32,000 bases of DNA, taken from assembly GCF_000011805.1 (NCBI RefSeq), contig NC_006841.2. One strand, 5' to 3'. Made by a program: the position numbers and the translations under genes. Shown here piece by piece: positions 28,596 to 32,000 of this stretch. How positions within the stretch are numbered: position 1 is the stretch's first letter; every line of letters starts with the position of its first letter. The DNA is from Aliivibrio fischeri ES114. Its GTDB lineage: Bacteria > Pseudomonadota > Gammaproteobacteria > Enterobacterales > Vibrionaceae. Under the pieces are notes generated by a model. It did not search any database, had not been told where the DNA came from, and worked only from the letters and a program-made list of their open reading frames with translations.

Positions 28596-28976
28596 ATGGA
28601 AAAAGATCTTAAATTCACAACAAGCCACGAATGGGTACGTGACAATGGCGATGGCACAGTAACGGTTGGTATCTCTGATCACGCTCAAGGTCTACTTGGT
28701 GACGTTGTTTTTGTGGACTTACCTGAAGTGGATGACGAAGTAACTACCGGTGAAGGATTCTCTTTAGTTGAATCAGTAAAAGCCGCATCTGATATTTATT
28801 CTCCAGTTACTGGTGTGATTGTTGAAATCAATGAAGAGCTAGAAGACAGTCCAGAGCTGGTAAACGAAGAACCATACGAAAGCGGTTGGATTGCTCGTAT
28901 TAAGCTTTCAGATTCATCTGAATTAGAAAGCCTAATCCCGAGCGACACTTATCTTGAAAGCCTAGACGAAGAATAA
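28596..28976 (+). CDS. gcvH: Glycine cleavage system H protein
   Basis: '[69 protein letters not shown]' with lipoyl-lysine context. Confidence 0.98.
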   Translation: MEKDLKFTTSHEWVRDNGDGTVTVGISDHAQGLLGDVVFVDLPEVDDEVTTGEGFSLVESVKAASDIYSPVTGVIVEINEELEDSPELVNEEPYESGWIARIKLSDSSELESLIPSDTYLESLDEE

Positions 28977-28999
28977 AAATCATAAAAAGGATTAAGATA

Positions 29000-31867
29000 A
29001 TGAGTCAGCTTCTTCAACAATTAGGCACGGATAATGAGTTTATCCGTCGCCATAATGGACCTGCTTCTTCTGAACATCAGCATATGCTCAACACTATTGG
29101 TGCTGAAACGTTACAACAATTAATTGAAGAAACCGTTCCAAGCTCAATTCGTTTACCTCAACCAATGCAACTCCCTCATGGCCTATCAGAAAATGCCATG
29201 CTTGCTGAGTTAAAACAGATCGCGCAACAAAATACACTCAATACCAGTTATATCGGCCAAGGGTATTACAATACTCACACACCTAATGTGATTTTACGTA
29301 ATGTTTTAGAAAACCCAGGCTGGTATACCGCTTATACTCCTTACCAACCTGAAATTTCTCAAGGTCGCTTAGAAGCGTTATTAAACTATCAACAAATGGT
29401 GATGGATTTAACCGGACTTGAGATTGCTAACGCTTCCCTGCTTGATGAAGCAACGGCAGCAGCAGAAGCCATGACACTATGTAAACGTGGCGGAAAAAGC
29501 AAAAGTAATCTCTTTTTCGTTGCTGATGATGTTCACCCACAAACCTTAGCGGTTATCAAAACTCGTGCAAAATTCATCGGCTTTGATGTGGTTGTTGATC
29601 ATGAATCAAATCTTGATTCTCATGATGTGTTTGGTGCCCTACTGCAATACCCTGGGACAACAGGTGAAGTAAAAGATCTGACTGATCTTATTGCTCAGGC
29701 TCATACCAAGAAAACTCTCGTTATTGTTGCAACCGATCTGTTGGCGTCTGTGCTACTTAAACCTGTTGGTGAGATGGGGGCAGATATTGCTATTGGTAGT
29801 GCGCAGCGCTTCGGTGTACCAATGGGGTACGGTGGTCCTCACGCCGCATTCATGGCGACACGTGAAAAATTAAAACGCTCAATGCCGGGTCGTGTCATTG
29901 GTGTCTCCATTGACTCAAAAGGCAATCAAGCACTCCGTATGGCAATGCAAACTCGTGAGCAGCATATTCGTCGTGAGAAAGCGACATCAAATATTTGTAC
30001 AGCTCAAGCATTACTGGCGAACATGGCTTCTTTTTATGCCGTGTATCATGGTCCAGAAGGGTTAAAAACCATTGCTCGTCGTGTCCACCACTTTACAGCT
30101 ATTGTGGCAAAAGCATTACAAACAGCAGGTTTTGAACTAGAGCACCAACATTTCTTTGATACCTTAACCGTTAAGACTGAACAACAGACAGATATTTTGT
30201 ACACTAAAGCGTTGGCTTCAAGCATTAATCTACGCAAATTTGATACAAAATTAGGAATCAGTTTTGATGAAACCACTACGGTTTCGGATCTCGTTACTCT
30301 ATTAGCGGTATTTGGTATCGATAATGCGGAATGTGAAACCTTATCTGCTGAAGTAGGAAAAGATGAATTTGCTGCCATTCCTAAACATTGTCAGAGAACA
30401 TCTTCCTTTTTAACTCATCCAGTATTTAATACGTACCATAGTGAAACACAAATGCTACGTTATTTGAAAAAACTGGAAAACAAAGACTTCTCTTTAACTC
30501 ATGGCATGATCCCACTAGGCTCTTGCACCATGAAATTAAACGCCGTTGCAGAAATGCTGCCTGTTACATGGCCAGAGTTTGGTGGTATTCACCCATTCGC
30601 ACCACTAAACCAAGCTGCGGGTTATACAACACTAGCAACGTCACTAAAATCCATGTTATGTGAAATCACAGGTTATGATGAGTTTTCATTGCAACCAAAC
30701 TCGGGCGCTTCTGGTGAATACGCAGGTCTAATTGCGATTCAACGTTACCATGAGAGCCGTGGTGACGCTCACCGTAATGTTTGCTTAATCCCAAGCTCTG
30801 CACACGGTACTAACCCTGCCACTGCATCTATGGTATCGATGAAAGTTGTCGTAGTTAAATGCGATGAAAACGGCAATATCGATATGATCGATTTAGCTGA
30901 GAAAATTGAAAAGCATCAAGAGAATCTATCAAGCATCATGATCACTTACCCTTCTACGCATGGCGTATATGAAGAGCAAGTACGTGAAGTGTGCGATATG
31001 GTACATGCAGCTGGTGGTCAAGTGTATCTTGATGGTGCCAATATGAATGCGCAAGTTGGTTTAACAAGCCCAGGTTTCATCGGCTCAGATGTATCTCACT
31101 TAAACCTACACAAAACCTTCTGTATTCCACACGGTGGTGGTGGTCCGGGTATGGGTCCTATTGGTGTTAAATCACACCTTGCGCCTTTCCTTCCGGGTCA
31201 CACTGAAAACGGTGTTCAAGGAATGGATTATGCTGTTTCAGCTGCGGATTTAGGCAGTGCCTCTATCTTACCAATATCATGGGCATATATTGCTATGATG
31301 GGTGAAATGGGTCTGACTGAAGCGACAAAAGTGGCGATATTAAATGCCAACTATGTAATGGAACGCCTACGCCCTCACTACCCTGTGTTATACCGTGGTA
31401 CCAATGGTCGTATTGCGCACGAATGCATTATAGATATTCGTCCATTAAAAGAGACGACAGGCATTAGTGAAGAAGACATTGCAAAACGATTAATGGACTT
31501 TGGTTTCCATGCTCCAACCATGTCATTCCCAGTTGCTGGAACCTTAATGGTTGAGCCAACGGAATCTGAAGACCTAGCTGAACTGGATCGTTTCTGTGAC
31601 GCGATGATAGCGATTCGTGAAGAGATGAATAAGGTTGAGCAAGGTGAATGGCCATTAGACAACAACCCACTTGTTAATGCACCACACACACAAGTCGATT
31701 TAATGTCTGATAGCTGGGAACATCCATATACTCGTGAAGTAGCATGCTTCCCATCATCACAATCAAAAGATTCTAAATACTGGCCTACCGTCAACCGTGT
31801 AGACAATGTGTATGGTGATCGTAATTTAATCTGTTCATGCCCAAGCATTGAGAATTACGAAGAGTAA
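29000..31867 (+). CDS. gcvP: Glycine dehydrogenase (decarboxylating), P protein
   Basis: 955 aa: '[39 protein letters not shown]', '[50 protein letters not shown]', PLP site region '[34 protein letters not shown]'. Confidence 0.98.
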   Translation: MSQLLQQLGTDNEFIRRHNGPASSEHQHMLNTIGAETLQQLIEETVPSSIRLPQPMQLPHGLSENAMLAELKQIAQQNTLNTSYIGQGYYNTHTPNVILRNVLENPGWYTAYTPYQPEISQGRLEALLNYQQMVMDLTGLEIANASLLDEATAAAEAMTLCKRGGKSKSNLFFVADDVHPQTLAVIKTRAKFIGFDVVVDHESNLDSHDVFGALLQYPGTTGEVKDLTDLIAQAHTKKTLVIVATDLLASVLLKPVGEMGADIAIGSAQRFGVPMGYGGPHAAFMATREKLKRSMPGRVIGVSIDSKGNQALRMAMQTREQHIRREKATSNICTAQALLANMASFYAVYHGPEGLKTIARRVHHFTAIVAKALQTAGFELEHQHFFDTLTVKTEQQTDILYTKALASSINLRKFDTKLGISFDETTTVSDLVTLLAVFGIDNAECETLSAEVGKDEFAAIPKHCQRTSSFLTHPVFNTYHSETQMLRYLKKLENKDFSLTHGMIPLGSCTMKLNAVAEMLPVTWPEFGGIHPFAPLNQAAGYTTLATSLKSMLCEITGYDEFSLQPNSGASGEYAGLIAIQRYHESRGDAHRNVCLIPSSAHGTNPATASMVSMKVVVVKCDENGNIDMIDLAEKIEKHQENLSSIMITYPSTHGVYEEQVREVCDMVHAAGGQVYLDGANMNAQVGLTSPGFIGSDVSHLNLHKTFCIPHGGGGPGMGPIGVKSHLAPFLPGHTENGVQGMDYAVSAADLGSASILPISWAYIAMMGEMGLTEATKVAILNANYVMERLRPHYPVLYRGTNGRIAHECIIDIRPLKETTGISEEDIAKRLMDFGFHAPTMSFPVAGTLMVEPTESEDLAELDRFCDAMIAIREEMNKVEQGEWPLDNNPLVNAPHTQVDLMSDSWEHPYTREVACFPSSQSKDSKYWPTVNRVDNVYGDRNLICSCPSIENYEE

Positions 31868-31894
31868 CACTCACCACTAACAACCTATCTATAT

Positions 31895-31928
31895 AAAATA
31901 GACAAGCGTATGTTTGTCTATTTTTTTT
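31895..31928 (+). terminator. Rho-independent terminator after gcvP
   Basis: AAAATAGACAA-gcgtatgt-TTGTCTATTTTTTTT stem with long T tract. Confidence 0.85.
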
Positions 31929-32000
31929 ATCTAAAAAATGAATCATTCCTTTCCCTTTTGCTACATGAAAAAATCGTAATCATGATGTAATAGGATTAAT

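Noticed and set aside
29691-31848. ORFs 29691..29873, 30046..30378, 31378..31848 and 31464..31670
   Set aside because: All lie within gcvP in other frames or antisense, and none has recognisable domains.
1-32000. CRISPR array, prophage, toxin-antitoxin or IS transposase
   Set aside because: No regularly spaced repeats, no transposase/integrase-like ORF and no phage structural protein seen in the supplied translations. The only mobile-like sequence is the small non-coding element between tal and tkt.

Overview
The window looks like a chromosomal stretch from an Aliivibrio/Vibrio-type gammaproteobacterium. This is inferred from gene content and from a nitroreductase ORF that closely resembles the FRase I flavin reductase of Aliivibrio fischeri as I remember it. 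Left to right: a Bat/MoxR-type operon (MoxR ATPase C-terminus, DUF58 protein, DUF4381-type protein, VWA membrane protein, VWA+TPR fusion with Q-rich repeats, BatD-like protein); tal and tkt flanking an unusual nested inverted-repeat intergenic region; an LpxL/HtrB-like acyltransferase whose provided strand label is wrong (it is on the minus strand); an HTH regulator divergent from an outer-membrane beta-barrel protein and a 1366-aa zinc metalloprotease lipoprotein; the FRase I-like flavin reductase; a GGDEF protein; a 65-aa small protein; a hexapeptide acetyltransferase; guaC divergent from gsk; ppiC; cheV; a MaoC-like protein; and gcvT, an XRE-cupin regulator, gcvH and gcvP. I saw no CRISPR array, tRNA, rRNA, prophage or IS transposase. 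Most of the window is ordinary core metabolism. The observations most worth a second look are the guaC 5' leader (two hairpins with the same CTGCCA loop, the first a terminator right behind a promoter-like sequence), the nested inverted repeats between tal and tkt, the regulator/beta-barrel/giant metalloprotease block, and the GAAAC/GTTTC operator-like array upstream of gcvH.
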